This document shows, piece by piece, positions 38,349 to 38,352 of a DNA stretch of 38,352 bases. The stretch spans positions 1-38,352 of the forward strand of contig JAVHLO010000001.1 in NCBI GenBank assembly GCA_031082105.1. The letters run 5' to 3'. The notes beneath the pieces were generated by a model. That model had not been told where the DNA came from, did no database searches, and saw only the letters and a list, made by a program, of their open reading frames with translations. Position 1 is the stretch's first letter; each line of letters opens with the position of its first letter. The DNA comes from Planctomycetota bacterium (GTDB lineage: Bacteria > Planctomycetota > MHYJ01 > JACQXL01 > JAVHLO01). A program made the position numbers and the translations under genes.

Positions 38349-38352
38349 TGAC

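Noticed and set aside
1-38352. Search for tRNA, rRNA, transposase, integrase and prophage genes
   Set aside because: I found no T-loop/acceptor-like tRNA signature, no rRNA-like conserved blocks, and no DDE or tyrosine recombinase ORFs. The R-M island shows no obvious mobile-element boundaries within the window.

Overview
This is a GC-rich bacterial window, probably metagenome-derived, and its intergenic regions are full of short palindromic repeat families. I can support about 25 genes.

Left half, 1-18.7 kb, all on the minus strand:
- A Type I restriction-modification operon in the order hsdM > wHTH-DUF488 fusion > 264-aa orphan > hsdS > AlbA_2/HATPase_c_4 protein > 524-bp spacer > hsdR (truncated at the window edge).
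- The first five genes are joined by overlapping stop/start codons.
- Upstream on the same strand lie a secreted zinc-ribbon/PD40 beta-propeller protein and two back-to-back ~1400-aa STAND proteins. One is tandem class III nucleotidyl cyclase + AAA_16 + TPR. The other is Ser/Thr kinase + AAA_16 + TPR.

Right half, housekeeping and metabolic genes:
- cupin, LpxL-family acyltransferase, HflX, a GAF-GGDEF cyclase with a beta-propeller partner
- an acetogen-type methylene-THF reductase module (ferredoxin/MvhD-like fusion, MetV, MetF)
- 5-oxoprolinase PxpABC, a SAM methyltransferase, DUF885, a radical SAM protein, Lgt, a small orphan and MurQ

No rRNA, tRNA, CRISPR array, transposase or integrase was found.

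The best candidate for an undescribed system is the DUF488-fusion + orphan cassette (5042-6702) embedded in the Type I R-M operon. The paired cyclase/kinase STAND proteins next to it are the second candidate.

Other recurrent signals:
- three near-consensus sigma70-type promoters placed 6-8 nt from the ATG, implying leaderless mRNAs
- at least nine repeat families that fill operon spacers, create false N-terminal ORF extensions, and in two cases begin exactly at a gene's stop codon

All domain calls come from motif recognition by eye. No database search was run.
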